Shown: in pieces, positions 1 to 9,047 of the stretch | Position numbering within the stretch: the first letter of the stretch is position 1 | Layout: every line of letters begins with the position of its first letter | Assembly (NCBI GenBank): GCA_963754925.1 | Contig: CAVWHX010000004.1 | Span: 512,001 to 576,000 of the forward strand | DNA length: 64,000 nucleotides | Reading direction: 5' to 3' | DNA from: an uncultured delta proteobacterium | GTDB taxonomy: Bacteria; Myxococcota; B64-G9 | Translations under genes and position numbers: made by a program | The notes under the pieces: generated by a model | What the model saw: the letters and a program-made list of their open reading frames with translations, nothing else | What the model was told of the DNA's origin: nothing | Database searches by the model: none

Positions 1-7
1 GTTTGCG

Positions 8-77
8 ATCCCCTTCGGGGATAAGAGCTTCTAACTCGCTTCGCTCGTAAGAAGCTCTAAGGCGACAGGACCCGGCG
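8..77. repeat. Palindromic extragenic element, probably the right end of a REP-like element cut by the window edge
   Basis: Hairpins ATCCCC/GGGGAT (8-22) and AGAGCTTCT/AGAAGCTCT (24-32/50-58). The 18-mer AGGCGACAGGACCCGGCG (60-77) recurs exactly at 33625-33642. Confidence 0.5.
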
Positions 78-198
78 CGTAATCTGACAAGTACGCTGCT
101 CTTGAGCGCCGCACACAAAGATGTTATTATGCACCGGCCATGAGGAGTTTTTTAGGAAATGCCCTTGTCGTGTCGTATAGGGAAGCGAGGTTTGTTTT

Positions 199-960
199 GT
201 GCTGATCGATTTTCACGTTCATTCGTCATACGATCCCGCGGTCGTGCTTTCTCCGTCCGACATACTGAGAAAAGCTCGGGAAGCCGGCCTCGACGGCATC
301 TGCCTCACCAACATTCATTCGGTGAGTGTTGAGTCCGAATTTCTGCAGCTGGCCAAGCTCAGCGGCTTTCTGGTGCTGGTCGGGTTCGAGGCCGTCACCG
401 ACCATGGCCACTACCTGGTGTTTGACCCCGAGCCGCAGAGCCTGCCAACCATAGGCAACTGGTTGCGGTTCGATTCCAAGGGACGGGCGCAGTTCGATTC
501 GCTGCACTCGGCGGTCTGTGCCCGTAACGGGATTATCATCGCCGCCCATCCCTATGACCGCGCCGTTCAGGATTTCCCCGGGGACGGCGTGATGCAGCTA
601 CCGGGCATCGCCGCGATTGAGACCCTCAACGGCCGACATGACTCCTTGGCGAACGACCTGGCCGAGGAGGCCGCCGCCTCGCTGGGATTGCCCGCGGTGG
701 GCGGCAGCGATGCACGCTCCCACGTTGATGAAATCGGCCGGGTGGCGACCCTGGTGCGCGGTACGGTGCACAGCGAGGCAGAACTCATCGAGTGCGTCCG
801 GTCAGGCGACGTATGGCCGGTGACGTTGGGCGAGCTTACGACGCCAACGGAGACCGGTCGGAAGCACCGCGCCGAGGAGCGCGATCAACGAAATCATCAC
901 CATCGGCGCCGGCCCGACCGACGGCATGCGGGCCGCCCCAAAGGCCCAAAACCCGAATAG
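199..960 (+). CDS. PHP-domain metal-dependent phosphoesterase
   Basis: DFHVHS, AAHPY and GGSDA motifs of the PHP / PHP-associated family; basic His/Arg-rich tail. Confidence 0.85.
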   Translation: MLIDFHVHSSYDPAVVLSPSDILRKAREAGLDGICLTNIHSVSVESEFLQLAKLSGFLVLVGFEAVTDHGHYLVFDPEPQSLPTIGNWLRFDSKGRAQFDSLHSAVCARNGIIIAAHPYDRAVQDFPGDGVMQLPGIAAIETLNGRHDSLANDLAEEAAASLGLPAVGGSDARSHVDEIGRVATLVRGTVHSEAELIECVRSGDVWPVTLGELTTPTETGRKHRAEERDQRNHHHRRRPDRRHAGRPKGPKPE

Positions 961-997
961 CGGCGGCAGGCGGATCATCGGAAGGGTGGCGTAGCTC

Positions 998-1934
998 ATG
1001 GCTCAGAGTTCCCTACTGGCGCTTCGGCCAACCAATGTGATTCATCAACTTGAACCCTCGTGCCCACTGCCGCTTCTCAGCGGGCGGCTGTGTTTGTCCG
1101 CCCTGGCACAGCGCACCATGATTTTCTGGGTACCGACGATAAACCACCCCGGCGCGCTGCGGGCGGTACTCCGGGCAGCGACCCACCTTAAGGCGGTGAT
1201 AGGGTTGTGCTTTTCCCCGCCCAAGGCCGACACGCTCTGAGTTTAAACCCAGCGCGCATCCGGCAGCGTTTTTCCGAGCCGTAGCGGAAGCGGCGTCGGA
1301 GCTCAACTACCAGGTGCCGCCGTTTTTTCTCCATGTCCAGGAGCCGCCTGTTGCGCATACACAAACGCCCGCGTTTCATGCGGTCCGCAAGCATCTGAGT
1401 GCGAGTTTTGACTGTGGCTTTACCTCGTTTGGGGTCGACCTCTCCTCCTGCGCTGAGACTGAGCTCGTACCGGTCATACGCGGCCTCCTTGGCCAGATAG
1501 GGGAGTTTGAGCTTGCGATCGTGGTGCGGTTGCCGGCTGCGCCGGCAGCGGACAACAAAGTCCCCGCCAGATATGAACAACCGCTCAATACGCTGATCCG
1601 TGCGGGTATCAAGCCGGATCTGGTGTTGGTACCGGGACGGTTTGACGGCGACGGCCGGGGCCAACCCAGCCGACTCGCGAAAGCGATTGCCCCTGCGGGC
1701 ATTGCGTGCAACCAAATCCAACCGGGCGCCGCAACGAGTTCGCTCATCTCGGCTGGTTTGCGCGCGGTGCTGGGAGATGCGCGGCTCAAACGGCTTACCA
1801 GCCGGTACGAGCATGACCCCGACCGACTCGAAGCGTTGGCGTACCTTGAGGCTAGCGATTGGATCGAGAGACTGGGCGGGCGCGGCTCTGCCGATCAACT
1901 GAGGGCATACGCGTCAGGTATGGTACCCCGGTGA
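998..1934 (+). CDS. Class II fructose-bisphosphate aldolase-like fold protein, apparently degenerate; split by a +1 frameshift near 1211-1240
   Basis: ORF 998-1240 (PTINHPGALRAVLRAA) and the open frame upstream of 1314 (AVAEAASELNYQVPPFFLH...GFTSFGVDLS) match consecutive class II aldolase segments. The HLDH motif is replaced by HVQE. Confidence 0.55.
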
Positions 1935-2476
1935 GGATTGTCGGCGGTCGTCTTCGTGGCAGGCGTCTCAAGTCCCCGCGCGGGCGCGCCATCCGGCCGA
2001 CTTCCGATCGAACCCGCGAGTCAATCTTCGACCTCCTCGGACCAGGACCGTATTATGGTCGGGTGCTCGACCTCTTCTCGGGGACCGGAGCGCTGGCGAT
2101 CGAAGCGCTCAGTCGCGGCTTTAGCCGGGCGGTTTTGGTGGAGCGGGATCGGGTGGCGCTGCAGCTGATTCACGCCAACCTGTCGCTGTGCGGCCTGAAT
2201 ACCGCGGCGCGGGTCGCGGCACAGGATGTCGCGCGTTTTCTTGAGGGATCAGATTCTGACGCCCCCTTTTCGCTGGTTCTTCTGGATCCGCCCTATGGTC
2301 AGGGGCTTGCCGCACCCGCCATCGAGGCATTGAGCCACCGCGGGTGGGTTGCTGAAAACGGCGTGGTGGTATGCGAAATCGAAGCAGCGCTCCTGCTCCC
2401 CGAGCAGGTGGGCAGGTTTTCCCTCGCTAAACACAAACGCTACGGCGACACCAGCATCTGGCTGTATGTGGATTGA
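1931..2476 (+). CDS. rsmD: 16S rRNA m2G966 methyltransferase
   Basis: RIVGG..RGRRL, RPTSDRTRESIF, LDLFSGTGALAIEALSRG, LDPPY; GTG start overlaps the upstream TGA. Confidence 0.95.
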   Translation: MRIVGGRLRGRRLKSPRGRAIRPTSDRTRESIFDLLGPGPYYGRVLDLFSGTGALAIEALSRGFSRAVLVERDRVALQLIHANLSLCGLNTAARVAAQDVARFLEGSDSDAPFSLVLLDPPYGQGLAAPAIEALSHRGWVAENGVVVCEIEAALLLPEQVGRFSLAKHKRYGDTSIWLYVD

Positions 2477-2554
2477 AAAAAATCCCGCGCATCGCCGGCC
2501 GCCGTGAACCGGCGGCTGATAGTGCTCTTCGGTCAACTGCAGCGTGAGGCTTCA

Positions 2555-2583
2555 TTGACATTAGCGTAGCTATCAGATACGTT
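2555..2583 (+). promoter_or_regulatory. Putative sigma-70 promoter for coaD-aspC
   Basis: TTGACA-17 nt-TACGTT about 70 nt upstream of coaD. Confidence 0.45.
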
Positions 2584-2650
2584 GACGTGCAATTTGAGGC
2601 TGCACGAACCCAAAACCGAGATCGAGCACTGAACGCAAGGAGGCATTGAA

Positions 2651-3151
2651 TTGGACGGCCTGGCTATCTATCCCGGCTCATTCGATCCTTTTACCAACGG
2701 ACATCTCGACCTCGTTCATCGCGCCCTGCGCATCTTTCCACACCTGATCGTTGGTGTGGCGAAAAATGTCGCCAAGGTCCCGATGTTCACCCCTAAAGAG
2801 CGCGTGGCGATGATCCGAGAGGTTCTCGATGGCGTCAAGGGAGTTGAAGTCGACACCTTTAGCGGCCTCTTGGTGGACTACGTCCGCAAGCGCAAAACCC
2901 AGATTGTTATCCGGGGGCTTCGGGCGTTGTCAGATTTCGAAAATGAATTCCAAATGGCCCACATGAATCGACGGCTCGATCCTAACTTGGAAACCTTTTT
3001 TATGATGACCGGCCACGATCAATTCTATATCAGCTCTCAGACGGTCAAAGAAGTTGCTTTCTTTGGCGGAGACATAAGCGGCCTCGTGCCTGAAGTCGTG
3101 GTCCGACACCTGCGGGCGCGGGTTAAGCAACTGACAACCAAAAGCACCTGA
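2651..3151 (+). CDS. coaD: Phosphopantetheine adenylyltransferase
   Basis: YPGSFDPFTNGHLD, IRGLRALSDFE, ISS motifs; follows rsmD; AGGAGG RBS. Confidence 0.97.
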   Translation: MDGLAIYPGSFDPFTNGHLDLVHRALRIFPHLIVGVAKNVAKVPMFTPKERVAMIREVLDGVKGVEVDTFSGLLVDYVRKRKTQIVIRGLRALSDFENEFQMAHMNRRLDPNLETFFMMTGHDQFYISSQTVKEVAFFGGDISGLVPEVVVRHLRARVKQLTTKST

Positions 3152-3159
3152 GGTTTCGC

Positions 3160-4350
3160 ATGAGGTTATCTCGTCGTATTCAGGAAATCCAACCCTCGCC
3201 GACCCTCGGCGTCACGGCGCGTGCAAATGCCCTCAAAGCGGCGGGCGAGAAAGTATTCTCCTTTGCAGCCGGCGAACCGGATTTTCCTACCCCCGAACAC
3301 ATCTGCAAAGCCGCTTTCCGGGCCATTGAGTCGGGGCAAACCCGCTATACCCCTTCGGCGGGCATCCCCGCCCTACGCGAGGCAATACGCCGAACGTACC
3401 AGCAGGCGTTCGGCCTGCAATACGGCTTGGACCAGGTAGCGGTTTGCTGCGGCGCCAAACAATGCCTGTTCAACGTTTTTCAGGCGCTGCTCGATCCGGG
3501 CAGCGAGGCCATCGTCCCGGCGCCCTACTGGGTCTCCTATACCGAGCAAATCCGTCTCTGCGGCGCCAAACCAGTCGTGATACCGCCGCGGCCAGGCACC
3601 TTTGCGCTGGACGTGGATGCCGTCGCTCGGGCGATCAGCAAGCGTACTCGGCTCATGGTCATTAACAGTCCCTGTAACCCGACGGGATATGTCTTGACCG
3701 CGGACGAAATCGACGGAGTGGCCGAATTGACCCGCAAGCATGATCTGATCGTGATCTCAGACGACATCTACTGCCAGTTTATCTATGCGGGTAAGCGTGT
3801 TATCAACATCGCTGAACGTCACCCCCAGTTGATAGACCAGCTTGTGTTAATCAACGGCGTCAGCAAGACCTATGCTATGACCGGTTGGCGATTAGGATAT
3901 GCAGTCGGCCCAAAAGAAATCATCGGCGCGATGTATAAACTCCAGGACCAGTCCACCTCCAATGCTACCACATTTGTCCAGCACGCCGCAGTTGAAGCGC
4001 TGGCGTCACCAGCGGAGGAAATTGCGAACATGGTCCAAGCCTTCGAGCGACGCCGGAAGCGGATGCTGGAATTGTTTGCGCTCATTCCTGGTGTCGATTG
4101 CGCAGCGCCTGACGGGGCTTTCTATATGTTCCCATCATTTGCGAAAGTATTAGGCCGCGCGTTCAACGGCGAACCGATAGATTCCACCGTGCGCCTGGCC
4201 GAGGTCCTGCTTGAAAAGGAGCGCGTGGCGGTCATTCCCGGCGAAGGCTTTGGCGCCCCTGGTCATCTGCGGTTTTCGTTTGCTGCCTCCATCGAGACCA
4301 TCGAAGAGGGCCTCAGAAGGGTGCAAAAGTTGGTGCAGTCGCTATCGTAG
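3160..4350 (+). CDS. aspC: PLP-dependent class I/II (aspartate) aminotransferase
   Basis: GEPDF, NSPCNPTG, SDDIY, SKTYAMTGWRLGY. Confidence 0.9.
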   Translation: MRLSRRIQEIQPSPTLGVTARANALKAAGEKVFSFAAGEPDFPTPEHICKAAFRAIESGQTRYTPSAGIPALREAIRRTYQQAFGLQYGLDQVAVCCGAKQCLFNVFQALLDPGSEAIVPAPYWVSYTEQIRLCGAKPVVIPPRPGTFALDVDAVARAISKRTRLMVINSPCNPTGYVLTADEIDGVAELTRKHDLIVISDDIYCQFIYAGKRVINIAERHPQLIDQLVLINGVSKTYAMTGWRLGYAVGPKEIIGAMYKLQDQSTSNATTFVQHAAVEALASPAEEIANMVQAFERRRKRMLELFALIPGVDCAAPDGAFYMFPSFAKVLGRAFNGEPIDSTVRLAEVLLEKERVAVIPGEGFGAPGHLRFSFAASIETIEEGLRRVQKLVQSLS

Positions 4351-4492
4351 TGTCAGTGGCCGTACAAATAATGATGGGGTGAGGGTCATGGGGGCATAGA
4401 TGACGAGCACGGTCGGGGGTGCCGAACGTCAAACAGCGGTAACCAAACAAGTACCAGCAAAATTAGAATCGATAGATCTTACGGGTGGGCTT

Positions 4493-6037
4493 ATGCTGTG
4501 GGTGTTGCGGCCATTGTTACGCTGGGTAGCGCCGCTGCTTTTGCTAGGGGGACTAGCGCCTTCATCGGCCGTGGCCGCGGTGGCCGAACTCGAATTTGCG
4601 CAAGGGGTGGTGGCTTTTAGCCAAGGTCGCCTACCGGAAGCCGAAGCTCACTTCCAACAGGTGCTCAACGAACAACCTCGGAATGCGCAGGCCATCTATT
4701 ACCTCGGACAGGTGCGACTGGGTTTGGGCAAGCTCACCGAAGCCATCGACAGCTTCCAGAAAGTTATTAGCTTGCGGCCTGCCGATGCTGCGGTGCACTT
4801 GGATTTGGCGCTCGCCCTGATCAAGGCCGAGCGAATTCCGCAAGCCCTAGATGAACTTTCGAAGGTAAGCACCCAGCTTTCCGATCGCGCATCCTTGCAC
4901 TATTATATCGGTTACTGCGAGTACCGGCTGGGGAGAATGCTGGACGCACTTCCGCCTTTGCAAAAAGCCCAACAACTCGATCAGGGTTTTGCCGCCGCAG
5001 CCGGGTACTATCTGGGTTTAGTGCAGTATCATCTCGGCCAAACCGAACAGGCCACCCAACAGTTTAGCGAGCTATCGCATAAAGAATCCGGAGGATATTC
5101 CGCCCTGGCGAGACAAAACCTCGCGATACTGGAACAGGGAGCTTTTGTCCGACCTGAGAAACGCTATTTTCTTTACGCCCAGGTGGGCGGCGGTTATGAC
5201 TCCAACGTAACGCTCGACACCACCGATATCAGCCACGCGGGCTCACCGAAGTTCTTTGTAGCGCTTGGCGGATCATACCTACCCCTCACGACGGCCAAAG
5301 ACGCTATCGAGCTTTCCGCCAACCTCTACCGCAGCTTCCACCTAACGACCGCGACCGAGGGGTTCAACCTTACCAATGTTGCGGCCGCCGCTCGTTATCG
5401 ACGCCAGGTTACCTCGGGGCTTCAATTAGAAGTTGGCTACCTGTTCGATCTCGACTGCCTCGACGGCAGCCCGTTGCTGGATATGAATAGCTTTGGGATT
5501 TTCATGCAGGGGAATACGTTGCTGTCGCGCGTGCGAATCCTCGAAGGCGGTGCATTTGAGACTTCAGTCGAGTATCGATTCAACGCCCAATTCTTCCGCC
5601 CCACGCTCGACCGACGGGATAATTTCGGTCATGAGCTCATTGCCCGGCAGGATTTTTTTCTGTCCGATAGACGGGTGAGACTTTCGGCGACAGCCGGAGC
5701 GGTGGTTGAAGACGCCCGCGGGCGCGAATACGATCTCTGGGGACCGCTGCTTGCAACCGATATAACATGGTATATATCGAAGACTCTTAACCTGCTCGTT
5801 GCGTTCGGATGGCAACGTCAGGACCACTTTAGATATAGTGACGTCTATGGGAAGGAACGTATCGACGACCAACTAGCCAGCGCCGTGGGATTCGAGTGGG
5901 ACTTCGATGACAACCTGGGGTTGAGGGCTGAGTACCAATATGTAAACAATAGATCCAGCTACGTAGAGAACTTCAACGATAGGCCATACCAATACGAGCG
6001 CCATATAGGTTTAGTATCGTTCATCGGAAGATTGTGA
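4493..6037 (+). CDS. Exported TPR protein with C-terminal outer-membrane beta-barrel (Slam/DUF560-like architecture)
   Basis: Signal peptide, several TPR repeats, then GGGYDSNV and alternating beta-strands up to the C-terminus; start could be 4400. Confidence 0.7.
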   Translation: MLWVLRPLLRWVAPLLLLGGLAPSSAVAAVAELEFAQGVVAFSQGRLPEAEAHFQQVLNEQPRNAQAIYYLGQVRLGLGKLTEAIDSFQKVISLRPADAAVHLDLALALIKAERIPQALDELSKVSTQLSDRASLHYYIGYCEYRLGRMLDALPPLQKAQQLDQGFAAAAGYYLGLVQYHLGQTEQATQQFSELSHKESGGYSALARQNLAILEQGAFVRPEKRYFLYAQVGGGYDSNVTLDTTDISHAGSPKFFVALGGSYLPLTTAKDAIELSANLYRSFHLTTATEGFNLTNVAAAARYRRQVTSGLQLEVGYLFDLDCLDGSPLLDMNSFGIFMQGNTLLSRVRILEGGAFETSVEYRFNAQFFRPTLDRRDNFGHELIARQDFFLSDRRVRLSATAGAVVEDARGREYDLWGPLLATDITWYISKTLNLLVAFGWQRQDHFRYSDVYGKERIDDQLASAVGFEWDFDDNLGLRAEYQYVNNRSSYVENFNDRPYQYERHIGLVSFIGRL

Positions 6038-6101
6038 AATTTTGAAACGGGAAGCAGCATATCAGAAAGTTGAGGATAGACTAGCGGTATCGAATTCCAG
6101 C

Positions 6102-6125
6102 AACAGTATAACAGTATAACAGTAT
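6102..6125. repeat. Three tandem copies of AACAGTAT running into a TATAAT box
   Basis: Read directly from the sequence; TATAAT at 6123-6128 in an AT-rich intergenic region. Confidence 0.9.
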
Positions 6126-6211
6126 AATAAAATATGATGATTTTGTTTTTGAAGGAAAGGTATTAAGGGCACAAAGCTTGCTTTTTATTAGTAACCGGTA
6201 GGTCATACCAA

Positions 6212-7093
6212 ATGAAGCTTATCACTTTCGTATTAATTATGATCGTTGGATGGATACCGGGGGCGTTGGCGGGGATAGGAGTGGTCGCCGGGGTCCAGGG
6301 GGATGCTCGCGTGATTCGTCAAGCGGAGTCTCTCCCGGCAACCGTTGGGTTGGCGGTCGAACTTAACGATCGACTCGTTACCGGTAAAAAGAGCCGCATC
6401 AAGGTGCTGTTTTCGGATGACTCATTGGTGACGGTCGGCGGCGATACGGAATTGACGATCACCGAACATATGTTTAATGCACCAGCAAAGCAGCGTAAGA
6501 CCATCGTGGAGCTGGTAAAGGGAAAAATGCGCGCGTTGGTTCAAAAGGAAGTGGTGGGAGTAAGCGGGGTCTTCGAGGTGCACACTGAAAATGCGGTAGC
6601 CGGGGTGCGGGGAACCGAATTTGTCGTCGAGGCGGCAGATAGCGAACTGAAGCTTTGGACGATTTCAGGGGACATGGATTTAGTTGGCAGCGACGGCGCC
6701 AAAAAAATAGTCGTGGCAGGCGAAGGGTGCGAGGTATTGCACGGTGTTGCCACAGCGCCGCACGCTGTGGCTCAAGCCGAACTCAATGAAGTTCGTTCGG
6801 AGACCGATTGGGAGCAGTCACCGACAGCGCTCGCTCTGAATCTTGATATTGGGGCGTCGGAGCAAATCAACCCGCCGCCAGCCGGGGAAAGAATCAAAAG
6901 CAACGAACGATGGTCCCAAGAACCGGTATTTTCTTCGAAGTTCGGGCCGGGACCTCAGACGAATCAGGTCTATCCCGATGGGTCTTCCCCACCGAGTAAT
7001 TACTTCTTCGTGCAAGACACGGTATGGCAGGGCAACCCAATGGTCGGCAATTATTCTTCGAGAATCTCCATCACGATCAATGTGCGGAAATAG
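6212..7093 (+). CDS. Exported FecR-domain protein
   Basis: Signal peptide; D.LVTGKKSRIKVLFSDDS and VHTENAVAGVRGTEF, typical of FecR. Confidence 0.85.
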   Translation: MKLITFVLIMIVGWIPGALAGIGVVAGVQGDARVIRQAESLPATVGLAVELNDRLVTGKKSRIKVLFSDDSLVTVGGDTELTITEHMFNAPAKQRKTIVELVKGKMRALVQKEVVGVSGVFEVHTENAVAGVRGTEFVVEAADSELKLWTISGDMDLVGSDGAKKIVVAGEGCEVLHGVATAPHAVAQAELNEVRSETDWEQSPTALALNLDIGASEQINPPPAGERIKSNERWSQEPVFSSKFGPGPQTNQVYPDGSSPPSNYFFVQDTVWQGNPMVGNYSSRISITINVRK

Positions 7094-7104
7094 GGTAACA
7101 AACA

Positions 7105-7926
7105 ATGTATAACGAGGAAATCGCTGTGAGCAATCTGACCTCTAGAAGATTTAGTCGGTTATGTGCCGTGGCAGCACTGGTAGGCCTGGCGATCAGCGGA
7201 TGCTTTCCTGACGACCGGGGTGCTGAACCTGCAAGCATGAATTTGCCTCTCACGAATCTCGGCGCGTCTCCCTCGGCTGTCAACCACTGGTTGACATGGT
7301 TGGCCAACCAGGAAAAAAAACTCGCCGAAGAAAAACTCCCCAATTTTGACCTCGGGCCGGTCGGGGCGGATTTCTACCTCGGTATTCATGTTGATAACGC
7401 CTCAGAGTTATTTGGACAAAGTGTCACGTACGATGAAGCCAACAACATGATTAGTGTTGTCGTGTACGTCAATGAGTGTAATGAGTGCGATTTTAGGGTA
7501 ACGATTTTTATCGTTGAGACAACAGTCGGAGCAGCGGCGCCGGTTCGGATGGTTAGTACATTCTCCGGTACGAGTCCAATTATTACGGTTGCTCCCGCGG
7601 CAAGTGCCGATGTCACGATGGATGTCCAGCAACTTCCGACTGGCCAGATTAAGTGCCAGCCGGTGGGCGCCGTAGCCGACGGATACGAGATTGTCGCGAT
7701 CGATGAAAATGAGAACGTAAGTTTTCCGTCGGTTACCAGAATCAGCGGCAGTGCGGATCCAAGCGTTTTGTTGCCAAACATTCCTATAGCTCGTCCAATG
7801 ATTCTTCAAGGGCGCAGAACTGCAGTTGATGAGTTCGTAAATTTATTTGAACAAGATGGAACGCAGATTGAACCATCTATAGATAATCCAAACGAAACTA
7901 AAAGTTATGAATTTGTTATGCCCTGA
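7105..7926 (+). CDS. Hypothetical lipoprotein
   Basis: Basic N-region, hydrophobic stretch, lipobox-like AISG-C; beta-rich mature region; start may be GTG 7126. Confidence 0.65.
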   Translation: MYNEEIAVSNLTSRRFSRLCAVAALVGLAISGCFPDDRGAEPASMNLPLTNLGASPSAVNHWLTWLANQEKKLAEEKLPNFDLGPVGADFYLGIHVDNASELFGQSVTYDEANNMISVVVYVNECNECDFRVTIFIVETTVGAAAPVRMVSTFSGTSPIITVAPAASADVTMDVQQLPTGQIKCQPVGAVADGYEIVAIDENENVSFPSVTRISGSADPSVLLPNIPIARPMILQGRRTAVDEFVNLFEQDGTQIEPSIDNPNETKSYEFVMP

Positions 7927-7974
7927 CGACGGATTATATCAACCCACTTTGAGATGCGAATAACTTCTATTCTT

Positions 7975-8937
7975 TTATTTCGGCAGTATTCCACCTGCAC
8001 GCAGGTTTTCTATCAGCCGGTGATGCGCGTCTCCGGTAGGCAGTATCGGCGGCTGGCCGGTGAGGCGTTCCTGCAGCTTGAGATAGACGCGGGCCAGTTT
8101 TACGCGAATCTCGTCGGTAAGTTTTGGGGCCTTACCCGTGCCGGAAAACCCACGGGCAAGCAGCCACTGGCGAATATTCTCCTTGTCGAGCATCTGCTGC
8201 GGTTGGCCGGCCAAGAAGGCTTTTTCGTAGCCCGCAAGCTCCCAGTAGCGGCTTGAATCAGGGGTATGAACTTCGTCTATCAAGGTGAGCCTGTCTCCTT
8301 CAAATCCGAACTCGTACTTCGTATCTACCAAAATCAACTCCTGCTGTCGGGCGCGGTCTTCCCCACGCTGAAAGAGCGCAAATGCCGCGTGCTCCACCTC
8401 AGTCCATTGTTGCTGGCTTACCACTCCCGAAGCGATGAGGTCTGTTGAGCTAACCGGCTGATCGTGCTGTCCAATTTCAGCCTTAGTGGTAGGGGTAAGA
8501 ATCGGCATGGGAAAGCGCTGGTCCTGCTTGAGCCCATCCGGCAGACGCAACCCATAGATCTCGCGGGCGCCCTCCTGGTAGGTTCGCCACAAGCTGCCAG
8601 TGATATACCGGCGCACCACTATCTCAATGGGTAGCGGTTTGAGCTTTTTTACCACCATGGCGCACGGATCCGGTACCGCCAAGACATGGTTGGGCACCAC
8701 GTCGCGCGTCTGCTCGAACCAGTGGGCGGCGATGGTGTTGAGCACCTGACCTTTGCAGGGAATGGTGCCGAGCACGACATCAAAAGCGCTAATACGATCG
8801 GTGGTGATAAGCAGCAGCCGGTCACTAAGGTCGTAGACATCGCGCACTTTTCCTCGGAATGGCGCCGGAAGACCGGGAATTTCGGTTTTCTCTAAGGTGT
8901 GATCGAGGAGAACGTTGAGGGGGTCGTGATTTTTCAT
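7975..8937 (-). CDS. purC: SAICAR synthetase
   Basis: GKVRDVY, TDRISAFD, LVDTKYEFG, DEVHTPDSSRYW, DKE. Confidence 0.96.
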   Translation of the reverse strand: MKNHDPLNVLLDHTLEKTEIPGLPAPFRGKVRDVYDLSDRLLLITTDRISAFDVVLGTIPCKGQVLNTIAAHWFEQTRDVVPNHVLAVPDPCAMVVKKLKPLPIEIVVRRYITGSLWRTYQEGAREIYGLRLPDGLKQDQRFPMPILTPTTKAEIGQHDQPVSSTDLIASGVVSQQQWTEVEHAAFALFQRGEDRARQQELILVDTKYEFGFEGDRLTLIDEVHTPDSSRYWELAGYEKAFLAGQPQQMLDKENIRQWLLARGFSGTGKAPKLTDEIRVKLARVYLKLQERLTGQPPILPTGDAHHRLIENLRAGGILPK

Positions 8938-9047
8938 ACCGAAAGTCGTTAGCATGGGATATAAGTCAAGGTCAACCCAAATTCTGGGGATCTTACTTTT
9001 TCGCCTACGATTTCGTATAATTAGCTTGTAGGGCTCGCCATGCGCGG

